The notes under the pieces were generated by a model, which saw nothing but the letters and a program-made list of their open reading frames with translations, did not search any database and was not told the origin of the DNA. A stretch of DNA of 40,153 nt from a virus (taxonomy: Duplodnaviria > Caudoviricetes), in IMG/VR virus record IMGVR_UViG_3300017707_001300, positions 1-40,153 of that record; one strand, 5' to 3'. Both the position numbers and the translations under genes were made by a program. Shown piece after piece: positions 7,158-15,722 of the stretch; within the stretch, counting starts at the first letter, position 1, and every line of letters starts with the position of its first letter.

Positions 7158-7852
7158 TCCGCGCCCCCTTTCGCTGCTTCGATGAGCGCGTCGGCGGCAA
7201 TCAGCGCAGCAGCAGCTTCCGATTTCGGCTCTTGGAAAAACGTAGAATGTGACCGTGCAGCTATCACCATCGCCGCAATCTCCAACCGAGAGGGTTCGGG
7301 GCGGATCATTTTCGTGGCGGCAGGAATATGATGGTCATTTCCTGCGCACGGGCCACCGCCTCCACCTCCGCTTGTTAAAGCGGGTCCATTCCAACTAAGT
7401 GTAACCGCGCTTACCGACCGTCGCTTCAACCGCTCCAGCTCGCCGCGCGCTTCTTGAGTCTCTTTAATCGAAGCGCACAGCCTGTCACGGTAGTCGTCAC
7501 GTTGGTTTTTTAGGATCCCGTAATCGTGCGGTGTGCGTTCGGCGATTGCTTGCTCAAGCTCTCGCTTGACCTGCTCTAGTTCCGCCTCAACCTTTTCCAG
7601 AAGCTCTTGCTTCTTGGTGTTGTAGCCGACCACTTTCTCGAAGTCAGCTTTCCAAATGTCGCGCTCTTCAGTCAGGCGATCACGGGTTTCGTTTGCCTGT
7701 CTCGTGACCTCAAGGGCAGCTTTACGCCACTCGTCGCGTTCGTTGGCCAGCCGATCAATCTCGGGACCGGCTTCGTTGAGTCGGTTTTCCAGCAGCTCCA
7801 CTTGGCTGAGAGCCATGTCGAGCTTTTCCTCCAGTTCAATCTCGCGGCTCAT
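7154..7852 (-). CDS. Coiled-coil protein
   Basis: Long heptad-rich E/K/R region, Gly linker, C-terminal PEPSRLEIAAM module. Confidence 0.7.
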   Translation of the reverse strand: MSREIELEEKLDMALSQVELLENRLNEAGPEIDRLANERDEWRKAALEVTRQANETRDRLTEERDIWKADFEKVVGYNTKKQELLEKVEAELEQVKRELEQAIAERTPHDYGILKNQRDDYRDRLCASIKETQEARGELERLKRRSVSAVTLSWNGPALTSGGGGGGPCAGNDHHIPAATKMIRPEPSRLEIAAMVIAARSHSTFFQEPKSEAAAALIAADALIEAAKGGAE

Positions 7853-8169
7853 TCGATGATCCTCCCTTCCTGATCGTCAAGGAACTGCCGGGTTGCCGCT
7901 GCGATTTGAGACATCGTGCAGCGTGCATCCTCGAGGCTCTCGTTCTGGATCATCTTCCTCAGATCCTGCAAGAGTTCCACCTCCGGCCCTTCCAGAGCTT
8001 CGATGGCGTTGACCACCGCTACGAATGTGCCGAAAGCTAAGGCGAGGCTTTCTGTGTAGTGTGGCTCCCCCTTGGCTACCCCGGAGGCAATCGTGCCGTC
8101 CTTCTGCCTCATCGTGACAAACGCCGTGACGACGTTGTCTGGGATTTCTATGATGTTTTTTGATTTCAT
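7849..8169 (-). CDS. Hypothetical protein
   Basis: 106-aa ORF, ATGA-coupled to the downstream gene. Confidence 0.65.
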   Translation of the reverse strand: MKSKNIIEIPDNVVTAFVTMRQKDGTIASGVAKGEPHYTESLALAFGTFVAVVNAIEALEGPEVELLQDLRKMIQNESLEDARCTMSQIAAATRQFLDDQEGRIIE

Positions 8170-8224
8170 AAGTATGTTGACGTGTGCGCGTTGCCGCAGT
8201 CGCGCCCCTGCTAGTTTGTAAGGT

Positions 8225-8557
8225 TTAGCCGCGCTTCAGACAATCCATGCCTTCACGCAGAAGTTGGAAGAATAGGGACGAATCCATCGTCACCTTCCAA
8301 GGTTTGCCGTTCTTCTTGTGAGCGACAATCCATGACTTCTTGCCAGCATCGCGTTCGGCCTGAGCGCAGGCTGCATCGAGGTTGAGGGCTTGGACGAACT
8401 TGACCTCCATGTGGAGGTTGCTGAGTTCCTCGCAGATCACATCCGGCGAGTCTGTGCCCCCGGCGAACTGCTGGCCCCGCCTTGCGGTGAAGCCAGCTTC
8501 ACGGAGTTCGTCCCGCCAGAGGCGTTCGCCCCTAGCTCCCTTTTGACGTGCGTTCAT
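8225..8557 (-). CDS. Holliday junction resolvase (Hjc-like PD-(D/E)XK)
   Basis: NARQKGARGER...PDV...HMEVK motif set. Confidence 0.8.
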   Translation of the reverse strand: MNARQKGARGERLWRDELREAGFTARRGQQFAGGTDSPDVICEELSNLHMEVKFVQALNLDAACAQAERDAGKKSWIVAHKKNGKPWKVTMDSSLFFQLLREGMDCLKRG

Positions 8558-8729
8558 CGAGGTACTTTTGGATCGCAGCCTTTGGGTAGCGAATCACCCT
8601 GGCGTTATGCTTAACGCAGGGCAGCTTCCCTTGAGCCGTCCACTTGCTGATGATCGGGCGGCGAACACCGAAGAGCTGCGCTAACTCTGCGCTGGTGTAG
8701 AAGTCCGATTGGTTAGAATCCGATGTCAT
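8532..8729 (-). CDS. Excisionase/MerR-like HTH DNA-binding protein
   Basis: FYTSAELAQLFGVRRPIISKWTAQGKLPC...IRYPKAAI; GGAGGAG SD before ATG 8729. Confidence 0.8.
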   Translation of the reverse strand: MTSDSNQSDFYTSAELAQLFGVRRPIISKWTAQGKLPCVKHNARVIRYPKAAIQKYLDERTSKGS

Positions 8730-9372
8730 CGCTCTCCTCCTCCTGTTCAGGTTCTTCCTTGGTTGCCTCAACCTTGGTTGAGGTGGGGAACACCTTCGCC
8801 AACCCTGCCCGGTCGCCGGAGATGAAGATGCTGCTGGCTACAGCCTGCAACTGTTCGGGCGTCAGCTTCACCTGCTCGCCAACCCAGTGACTAGCCTTGA
8901 TGGCTTCCACCATCAACTGCGCCACTTGGAAAAGGTACTTTCTTGCCTCTGTGGGGTTCGATGCCTGCACGGGAGCTTGACGTTGAGGCGTTGCTGCTGG
9001 ACGTGAAGGGGCTGTCATCTCGGCAAGTTTACCTCCAGCCGCATCGACGATGGCAGCATGGTCAGTAACCTTCAGTTCATTCTTAGAAGAATGATTGCTG
9101 TACTGAACCGTTAGCCCGGTAAGCCCCTTCTTGCCTGCTCGGGAACGGATGGTCACAGTTTGTCCCTCAAGATCAGACATGTCGTCCTGAATCCAGAAAG
9201 AAGCGCGAGCCTCTCCAGTTCCATCCACCACGTCACAGTTCTGGACTCTCCACGGTCCAAACTTACCCTCCCCGGTTCTCGGTGGCCATGCCTTCTTGAT
9301 CTGCAATACCATCTCGCCAATGGTCGTACCATCAGCGAGGTTCTCTAGGTCTTTGATTTGTGCTACTTTCAT
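8713..9372 (-). CDS. OB-fold single-stranded DNA-binding protein
   Basis: Beta-rich N-domain (VVDGTGEARASFW) and acidic tail EEPEQEEESDDIGF; probable start MKVAQ at 9372. Confidence 0.7.
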   Translation of the reverse strand: MKVAQIKDLENLADGTTIGEMVLQIKKAWPPRTGEGKFGPWRVQNCDVVDGTGEARASFWIQDDMSDLEGQTVTIRSRAGKKGLTGLTVQYSNHSSKNELKVTDHAAIVDAAGGKLAEMTAPSRPAATPQRQAPVQASNPTEARKYLFQVAQLMVEAIKASHWVGEQVKLTPEQLQAVASSIFISGDRAGLAKVFPTSTKVEATKEEPEQEEESDDIGF

Positions 9373-9410
9373 CTTGTAGTTTGTTGGTTGTGATGCCGCG
9401 TGATTGCGAC

Positions 9411-9460
9411 GCACAAACGACTACAAGGTCGCACAAGACCTCGCAAGCACTTTGTTGTGC
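9411..9460 (-). promoter_or_regulatory. Candidate promoter/operator for the replication cluster
   Basis: TTGCGA-17 bp-TAGTCG on the minus strand; the spacer is an inverted repeat (AGGTC-N6-GACCT); three GCACAA boxes. Confidence 0.3.
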
Positions 9461-9465
9461 TTTTT

Positions 9466-9618
9466 TTACTTCCTTCTGGAAGGAGGTGATTTTCTGCCAG
9501 CTTCCCGCTTCACGTTGTATGCGATGGCAAGAGCCTGCTTCTGCGGTCTGCCTGCGCCAAGTTCACGCTTGAGGTTCTCGGTGAAGGCTTTATCGGAGGT
9601 TGATTTCTTGAGTGGCAT
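9466..9618 (-). CDS. Small basic conserved phage protein (50 aa)
   Basis: MPLKKSTSDKAFTENLKRELGAGRPQKQALAIAY pattern, common in phage late regions. Confidence 0.75.
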   Translation of the reverse strand: MPLKKSTSDKAFTENLKRELGAGRPQKQALAIAYNVKREAGRKSPPSRRK

Positions 9619-9619
9619 A

Positions 9620-12600
9620 TTATCGAACGTGTTCTCGGAGTGCTTTGTTTTGGGCGTCGTCAAAGGTTTCATGGAGAGACACCTTTCCAGTAGGAGTCAC
9701 TAACCGAAACCGTTTGCCTGGCATCTGGTAAATCTTGTAACCGTACAGGCTGTCAATCACAACTGAACCATCCGCAAAATCTTCCTTGGAAACATTTTGC
9801 ACGGAAAACGGAAGAGGTTGGTATGGACGGTTCTCCTTCTGCCAAAAGAGCCAGTGCTTCACAAACGCTTTGCTGCGCTCAGGGTTCGAGCGCACATCAC
9901 GCAGAGCTTCGATGGCAACCTCCGGGTTGGACATGGCATCCGTCATCATCTGAAGGTAAGCCTCCTTGGGGTTACCTCTCCAAGACTTTGAGATCAACTC
10001 GGCAAAGTTTCTGACAATCGTTGATGCCTGCTTCTTGTAAGATGGATCAGCAGAACGCAATAAGGTGTGCATTGCTCCAATCACGTTGCCAGACAATCCC
10101 TCTTCTAGGATCATTGCCTGCGCTTGCATCAGGCTGGTATCAGATGATCCCGTGTTGCTCGCCGCTCGACTTGACAAAGCAAGCATTTGTTTTGACGCAA
10201 GATTCACGGCACCAATTTCTTGTGGAGTCAAAACCACATTCAATGCACTGATGATTTTGGCATCCGTAAGCAGTGCCATTAGTTTAGCGTCACTGACACG
10301 CAATTCGTTTATGTTCGGCTTTTCGTTGGGATCTAATGACTCAACGATGGCCTTGCCAGAATTGCGTATTTTTTCATTAAGCCAAAGACGCACGGTGTCC
10401 TTTAAGGCGAAGGTTGCAGTTCCAGTAGGATCTTGCGCCGCAGACGCAAGAAGGCCCTGCATGGATCTTGTAGGATCTACATCAGTGGATGTCAGAACTT
10501 TATTGATTGCATCAATAGGATCTGGACCAAGAAACTTGGACGCAGCTTGTTGTTTTAAGGCATCCAGCGTCTGCTGATATTGCTCACGGGCTTTGACAGA
10601 CGATTCTTTGATCTCAGCTTGAGCAAGCTGTTCTGCAATCCGTGTGTTGCGCTTTGCAAGCTGACTCTCAGCAGTCAGATTTTGAGAGGCAACATTCTTT
10701 GCATCCAAGGCTGCATCAACCTCTTTGGAAGCGGTCACAATTCCATTGATGACCTTGTTGAGTGTCGGAACAGTCTCTGGAAACGTGTTGGTGAAAGCAG
10801 TGCCATCATTGCTTTGCATCCACTTCGTCAACTGTTTGGAAGTAACGATGTTCTTGTTTGCCAACTTGTTGAGTTGAAAAGTGGCAAGATCGCTTGCAAC
10901 TGTCTCAGGCAACACGTTTGTACCAGGATCAACAAGAGCCGAACGGAGCCTGCGCATCTCTTGTGCGCCAGCTTTGCTGACAAAGTTGTCGATGAAGAGA
11001 GCAGGTTCTTTTCTCAGCGCCCCTTCGGAGCTTTCGTTTAGAAAACGATCTGCATAATCCCTATACGCATCGCGTGCTTTGCGAAGTGCAGGGCTGACTT
11101 CTCCGGCAGCATCAAGATCCGCAAGCAAACCATCTTTGACTTTGTTCAGGGACGCTTTTTGTTTCCGTTGTCCCTCAGGTAAATCTCGAATTTCTTCTGT
11201 AAACGCAGACAAAAGTTTGCTCAGCTCTGAAATAGGAACAACACGTCGATTTCCCTCCTCGTCAGGAGCAAACGACCTAAGCAGTGCAGCAACCCTTGCA
11301 TTGATGTCCAACCCTGCTTCTTTAGCTGAAATGTCACGGCCTTCCATGACGGCTTTGGCAGCATTGTAGGAGTTTTTTAAATCTGTTGCCCCGCCTGCTG
11401 CGTCAGCATCCTCAAACAGTTTGGAAACGTCTGCATGGACTACTTCTTTATTTGCCGCAAACCGTTGCGAAACATTCGTGCCAGCCTGTTCCTTGGTGGT
11501 CATCCCGTTGGCTTGCATCAACTCATGCGTTGCAGACTGCAAGGCTTGAGTGGTCAAGGCATAGGCTTGATCCATCGTAATGAGTTGCTCTTGAGCCTTT
11601 AATGCCGTCTCATCAATCACTGCCAATGTCTGATTCAGCTTTTTAGCAGCTTCAGTCTGTCCCTGTGCAATTAGCTGATCTCTAATGGCTTTTGCCTTAT
11701 CGGTCGCCTCTTGGTTTTGCCCTTCAAACTGATAACGCAAGTACTGTGGACTTTTGGAACCTACAGGTTCAAGTGCAGTTCCAAGTTGTCTGCCTGCCGC
11801 TCCAATCGAAGAAATCTTCTGTTGGCGCAACATCCCATCACGGTTCTCCAATGCGCCTTGCAAACCGATCAAGCCAACATTCCGACTCAGTTCACCGGAG
11901 CCGATAGCAACATCACCGACATTGAGGTTGGGCTGATTGAACGCAATTTCTTCAGCAGCTTTAATCGCAGCACCTTCTCCTCCTGCTGCGTTGATCATTG
12001 TCTGATTGCGGAAGCGTTGTGCTGCCGCGTTTGTGCGCGCTTCTTTACTGGCAATCCAACGACCAATCCTATTCGGCCTCGTCACAAGCGCAGAGGCAGC
12101 ATCAAACGCCAACTGTTCCACCAGCATCCGTGGATCTATGTCCTCCACCATTTCGCCTACTGATTTGCCCTGACTGGCTTCTACTGCCGCTTTCTTGGCC
12201 AGGCCGTAAGCAGTCGGAAGAGTTCCTGCAATTGCTGCCTGCAAGACTTCTGGTCTGGTTAAATTTCTGGGATTTGAAAACTTCTGCGTCCAACTCAAAA
12301 GCCCAGGGATGTAATTTCCCAACATCCGGCCATACCGGGTCTGAGGCAGATCAAAGTCCATCATGGCCTGAGCCACATCCTCAGGGGTCGGAGGAAATAC
12401 AGCCTCTTGAACTGCTCCGCCAAGTTCGGCTCCACCAAAAGCCCCAGCTATCGTAGTTCCAGGAATAGGAATTGCGCTTCCAACAAAAGTTCCAGCCAAT
12501 CCTCCCAGCGTTGGACCAATAGCCTCCTTGGCACCCCTTGCAACCGCGCCCAGCATACTTGGCTCCATCTCAGCTTTAAAAAACTGCCAGTAGCCACCCA

Positions 12601-12943
12601 ATGCTCCCATGTCTTCAGATGGAACAAAACCTGGAGCTATAGCTCCTTGCGCAACGGCATTGGTCAACACCTGACGCGGCGTGCGGCCCAACGAATGCGG
12701 GTTGATGTCCTTGTCTGACGAACGCAGCATGGCTATGCGCAGGTCATCAATAAAGCTCTGGCTTAGATCAGGATTATCCAGATTTACAGGCTCGCGTTTG
12801 GTTGGGGTGCGCTGAAAAGTTGCAGCGTCAACTGGCGTGAAAGCAACCTCCGGTTGTTCTGCGCCCCCTTGTTGCAAGGCTTCTTCTGTAGCAACAGCAG
12901 AAACGTCTCGCGGAGGCAGAAATTGATCGTAAGGATTTGCCAT
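9620..12943 (-). CDS. Large internal virion / DNA-ejection protein (1107 aa)
   Basis: Size, Ala-rich helical composition, Gly-rich hydrophobic hairpin (GGLAGTFVGSAIPIPGTTIAGAFGG), last gene of the structural block. Confidence 0.6.
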   Translation of the reverse strand: MANPYDQFLPPRDVSAVATEEALQQGGAEQPEVAFTPVDAATFQRTPTKREPVNLDNPDLSQSFIDDLRIAMLRSSDKDINPHSLGRTPRQVLTNAVAQGAIAPGFVPSEDMGALGGYWQFFKAEMEPSMLGAVARGAKEAIGPTLGGLAGTFVGSAIPIPGTTIAGAFGGAELGGAVQEAVFPPTPEDVAQAMMDFDLPQTRYGRMLGNYIPGLLSWTQKFSNPRNLTRPEVLQAAIAGTLPTAYGLAKKAAVEASQGKSVGEMVEDIDPRMLVEQLAFDAASALVTRPNRIGRWIASKEARTNAAAQRFRNQTMINAAGGEGAAIKAAEEIAFNQPNLNVGDVAIGSGELSRNVGLIGLQGALENRDGMLRQQKISSIGAAGRQLGTALEPVGSKSPQYLRYQFEGQNQEATDKAKAIRDQLIAQGQTEAAKKLNQTLAVIDETALKAQEQLITMDQAYALTTQALQSATHELMQANGMTTKEQAGTNVSQRFAANKEVVHADVSKLFEDADAAGGATDLKNSYNAAKAVMEGRDISAKEAGLDINARVAALLRSFAPDEEGNRRVVPISELSKLLSAFTEEIRDLPEGQRKQKASLNKVKDGLLADLDAAGEVSPALRKARDAYRDYADRFLNESSEGALRKEPALFIDNFVSKAGAQEMRRLRSALVDPGTNVLPETVASDLATFQLNKLANKNIVTSKQLTKWMQSNDGTAFTNTFPETVPTLNKVINGIVTASKEVDAALDAKNVASQNLTAESQLAKRNTRIAEQLAQAEIKESSVKAREQYQQTLDALKQQAASKFLGPDPIDAINKVLTSTDVDPTRSMQGLLASAAQDPTGTATFALKDTVRLWLNEKIRNSGKAIVESLDPNEKPNINELRVSDAKLMALLTDAKIISALNVVLTPQEIGAVNLASKQMLALSSRAASNTGSSDTSLMQAQAMILEEGLSGNVIGAMHTLLRSADPSYKKQASTIVRNFAELISKSWRGNPKEAYLQMMTDAMSNPEVAIEALRDVRSNPERSKAFVKHWLFWQKENRPYQPLPFSVQNVSKEDFADGSVVIDSLYGYKIYQMPGKRFRLVTPTGKVSLHETFDDAQNKALREHVR

Positions 12944-12946
12944 AAT

Positions 12947-14122
12947 CTATTTACCCATTGGGGCCAAGAACTGTTCGGGAACATCAAGATCCCTGCCAGT
13001 TCGGGCGTTGAATGTCCTTCTTAGCCCATGCAAAAGACGGTACTTTTCTTCTAGCGGCAAAGAAGAGTTCAAGATTTGCGTCTTTGTAGCCTCAGCCTGT
13101 GGAAGTTCTTGCTCAAACTGAGCCTGCCTTTGTTGAATAAATCCAGCGTAATCCAAAGCCCCAATTGCTACACGTTTGGGAATCTTGTCACTGAACCTAG
13201 GGACTACATTTTCCGTAAAGTGACGCTTGTGTTCAAACCCAAGGCTTTTTGCGGCATATTCCGGACTCGACATGGCTGCCAGCGTATTGAACGCAGAGTT
13301 GCTTTCGTTCAGAAGAATGTCATGCAAGTCTTCTAGCTTGCTCTTGAACTTCTGGATGTCAGAACCAACAACCTTTCCGCCAACCTGCAATGCTTTCTTG
13401 GGGTTGAACAAGTATGGATTCAACTCCGGCGTCAACCGTTCGACTTCAGCTCCAGACAAAGCGTCAGAAGTACCAGCCAAGGCGGAATTATAGAGCTTCA
13501 ACATCCCCATCAGTTTGGGAACCAACTCATTTGCGGCCTCATTGCTGTCAGGGCCGTACTTTTTGAACGTGTTATTGATGAGCGAAACTTGTCCACGCAA
13601 AGCCTCAACGAAGCTCTGGCGTTTCTGGTATGGGTTCACAACCGACTTAACAAAATCCCTTACAGATGGATTTTCGTCATCGAATGACTTGGCCGCAGGT
13701 ATTTCTAGATCGATTAGGGCTGACATTGCAGCACCATCAGCATCACGAACATGAGCTGGAAGCCGTTGATATTTAGGGTCTGTAAGCATAACAGCCATTG
13801 CAGCTTTTGCCTTTGCTCGAGCTGTTGTGCTTTTTTCAAACTTGCCTTGCTGTTCTTTTGCAGGCCAGATATATATAACATCCTCTGGATTTTCAGGAAT
13901 TGCAACACTTCCAAGACCACCAGGGCTTACCATTGGCTGTTTAGGAGCCGGAGGAAGTCCGGCAGCAGCCACCATTCTTGCCTCTTCTTCCTTGGCGCGC
14001 TGTTCCGCCTCTGGGCTAAGTGGAGCCTGGCTTACTGGTGCAGGCTGTGCCGTGGAAGGAGCAGGAGATCCACCTCCAAACATCCTTTTGACGTAATCAA
14101 AAGCTGATTGATCTTCTGCCAT
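12947..14122 (-). CDS. Putative internal virion / ejection protein
   Basis: 391 aa, helical; position in the podovirus ejectosome block. Confidence 0.5.
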   Translation of the reverse strand: MAEDQSAFDYVKRMFGGGSPAPSTAQPAPVSQAPLSPEAEQRAKEEEARMVAAAGLPPAPKQPMVSPGGLGSVAIPENPEDVIYIWPAKEQQGKFEKSTTARAKAKAAMAVMLTDPKYQRLPAHVRDADGAAMSALIDLEIPAAKSFDDENPSVRDFVKSVVNPYQKRQSFVEALRGQVSLINNTFKKYGPDSNEAANELVPKLMGMLKLYNSALAGTSDALSGAEVERLTPELNPYLFNPKKALQVGGKVVGSDIQKFKSKLEDLHDILLNESNSAFNTLAAMSSPEYAAKSLGFEHKRHFTENVVPRFSDKIPKRVAIGALDYAGFIQQRQAQFEQELPQAEATKTQILNSSLPLEEKYRLLHGLRRTFNARTGRDLDVPEQFLAPMGK

Positions 14123-14136
14123 AACTTAAATTTGCG

Positions 14137-14682
14137 TTACTGACCTCCCGTGATTCCTTTCAGAACATTGCGAAATCCTTCAATGTCAAAAGTGGGAGCA
14201 TTGCCTTGAGGCTGTGCGTCTTGCTTGAGTCCAGCTCTGTAGTTGGCAGCACCAATCTGAGCATTGGCAAGATCCCGGCGAGCATTCATCTCCTGCGTAG
14301 CCTGATTGGTCTGGAACAGATACTTCAACAGAGACTCAGCCTGCTTGTTTGCTGCTCCATAGCCACCTTGTCCTTGTACATCAGCAAGGGTTTTTGAAAG
14401 CTCTCCAGCAGAACTTTCATCCAATCCAAGCAGTTTCTGATAAGACGGAGACTTAAGCATCGACTGAGTAGCAGAGTAATCAGACTTAGCTCCGGCATTC
14501 TGTGAGTATGCGCCGCCAATAGCAGACGCCGCCTTTTGCAATCCCTCTCCAATCTGTTGCCCCATCCTCGCCTGAGCTTCAGCCTGAATGTTGGCAGCAT
14601 TAGTAACCCCTTGAATGTATGCATTCGTTGGGAACTGCATATTGCTGGGAGCTTGACCTTGGAATGGGCTACGAGGTTGCAT
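14137..14682 (-). CDS. Putative internal virion protein (Q/A/G-rich)
   Basis: GQQIGEGLQKAASAIGG pilot-like composition and position. Confidence 0.5.
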   Translation of the reverse strand: MQPRSPFQGQAPSNMQFPTNAYIQGVTNAANIQAEAQARMGQQIGEGLQKAASAIGGAYSQNAGAKSDYSATQSMLKSPSYQKLLGLDESSAGELSKTLADVQGQGGYGAANKQAESLLKYLFQTNQATQEMNARRDLANAQIGAANYRAGLKQDAQPQGNAPTFDIEGFRNVLKGITGGQ

Positions 14683-14998
14683 AAAGTTTGGACCTGGCTT
14701 CTAAACAGAGTGCACTGCCTTTCTCAAACCGCTGGCAGGCTTGCGGTCGATCTTGATAGATCCTACACGAAACGCTTTCTCCGACAACACCAGAGAGTGC
14801 AATGCAGCGTGTCCCAATGCACTTAAGCAATGGTAAGTCGTCCCGGATGAACTCTGGTGGAATGTTGACAGCATCGGATCGGTCACGCTTGAGAATTGGC
14901 CAACTCGCCTTGTGGCTGCAACACGCTCCGCAGGTTTGGCAGTCCAGTTCGCATTCCGCAGTAATTGAATCGCGGCTCTTCGTGCAGCACTTGCTCAT
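14669..14998 (-). CDS. YkgJ-family CxxCxxCC cysteine-cluster protein
   Basis: DCQTCGACC...CIAL...CRIYQDRPQACQRF. Confidence 0.85.
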   Translation of the reverse strand: MSKCCTKSRDSITAECELDCQTCGACCSHKASWPILKRDRSDAVNIPPEFIRDDLPLLKCIGTRCIALSGVVGESVSCRIYQDRPQACQRFEKGSALCLEARSKLYATS

Positions 14999-15722
14999 GG
15001 ATGTTTTCTAGCTCCATAGCAATCTTTGGACAATACACAAACTGAGGATTTCTTCGGTCAATACACGCCATGCAGGCATGAGCGTAATCCGTGTTCATGT
15101 GCTTGTCTGACTTTGAGACAACGTCTGAATCGTAACGGTTTGTGTCGTATGGCACACCGTTTTGCAGGATGTACCCGGCAACATCTTCGTCCGTCCACTC
15201 TCGCAGAGGAAACCACATGGTCGTGTTGGTGCCCAGGTTCTTAACATCAATCTGAAGCGGCACATTTCCGGTCAACGGATCGTCGTCAGAACTCTTGTGC
15301 CCACACAACAAAACATCAAAGTCGGTATGTACCACGGCTTTGGGACGCATCAGCCACTCCTTGCCACAGACAAACGGTTTGCCTAGTTCGTATGGTTCTG
15401 TGCCTCTGGCTACTTTAATCCAACTATTTCCAACACTGTACGTCTCGCAAACATCAATTCGATTATTGCCATGAATCAAACTGATTTCCATTGGAACCCA
15501 GTCGTGAACCGTCAGTTTTAACTCTTCCTGAACCTGGTGGTGATGTTTGTACTTGTGAGACAAGAACGGCAGCTTGAAGTGGATTACCTCAATCTCCGGC
15601 ATCACCTTTCTAGCCAAATGCAAAAGTACGGTGGAGTCCTTCCCGCCACTCCACAGCACTGCTGGTCTTCTGGCGCGCAAGAGTGCAGTATCAATTTTAT
15701 CTATAGTATGGTCGATGTTCAT
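14883..15722 (-). CDS. PAPS-reductase-family (PP-loop) protein
   Basis: WSGGKDSTVLLHL PP-loop, GHKSSD, PLREWTDEDVAGYI, C-terminal CMAC...CP. Confidence 0.85.
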   Translation of the reverse strand: MNIDHTIDKIDTALLRARRPAVLWSGGKDSTVLLHLARKVMPEIEVIHFKLPFLSHKYKHHHQVQEELKLTVHDWVPMEISLIHGNNRIDVCETYSVGNSWIKVARGTEPYELGKPFVCGKEWLMRPKAVVHTDFDVLLCGHKSSDDDPLTGNVPLQIDVKNLGTNTTMWFPLREWTDEDVAGYILQNGVPYDTNRYDSDVVSKSDKHMNTDYAHACMACIDRRNPQFVYCPKIAMELENIHEQVLHEEPRFNYCGMRTGLPNLRSVLQPQGELANSQA

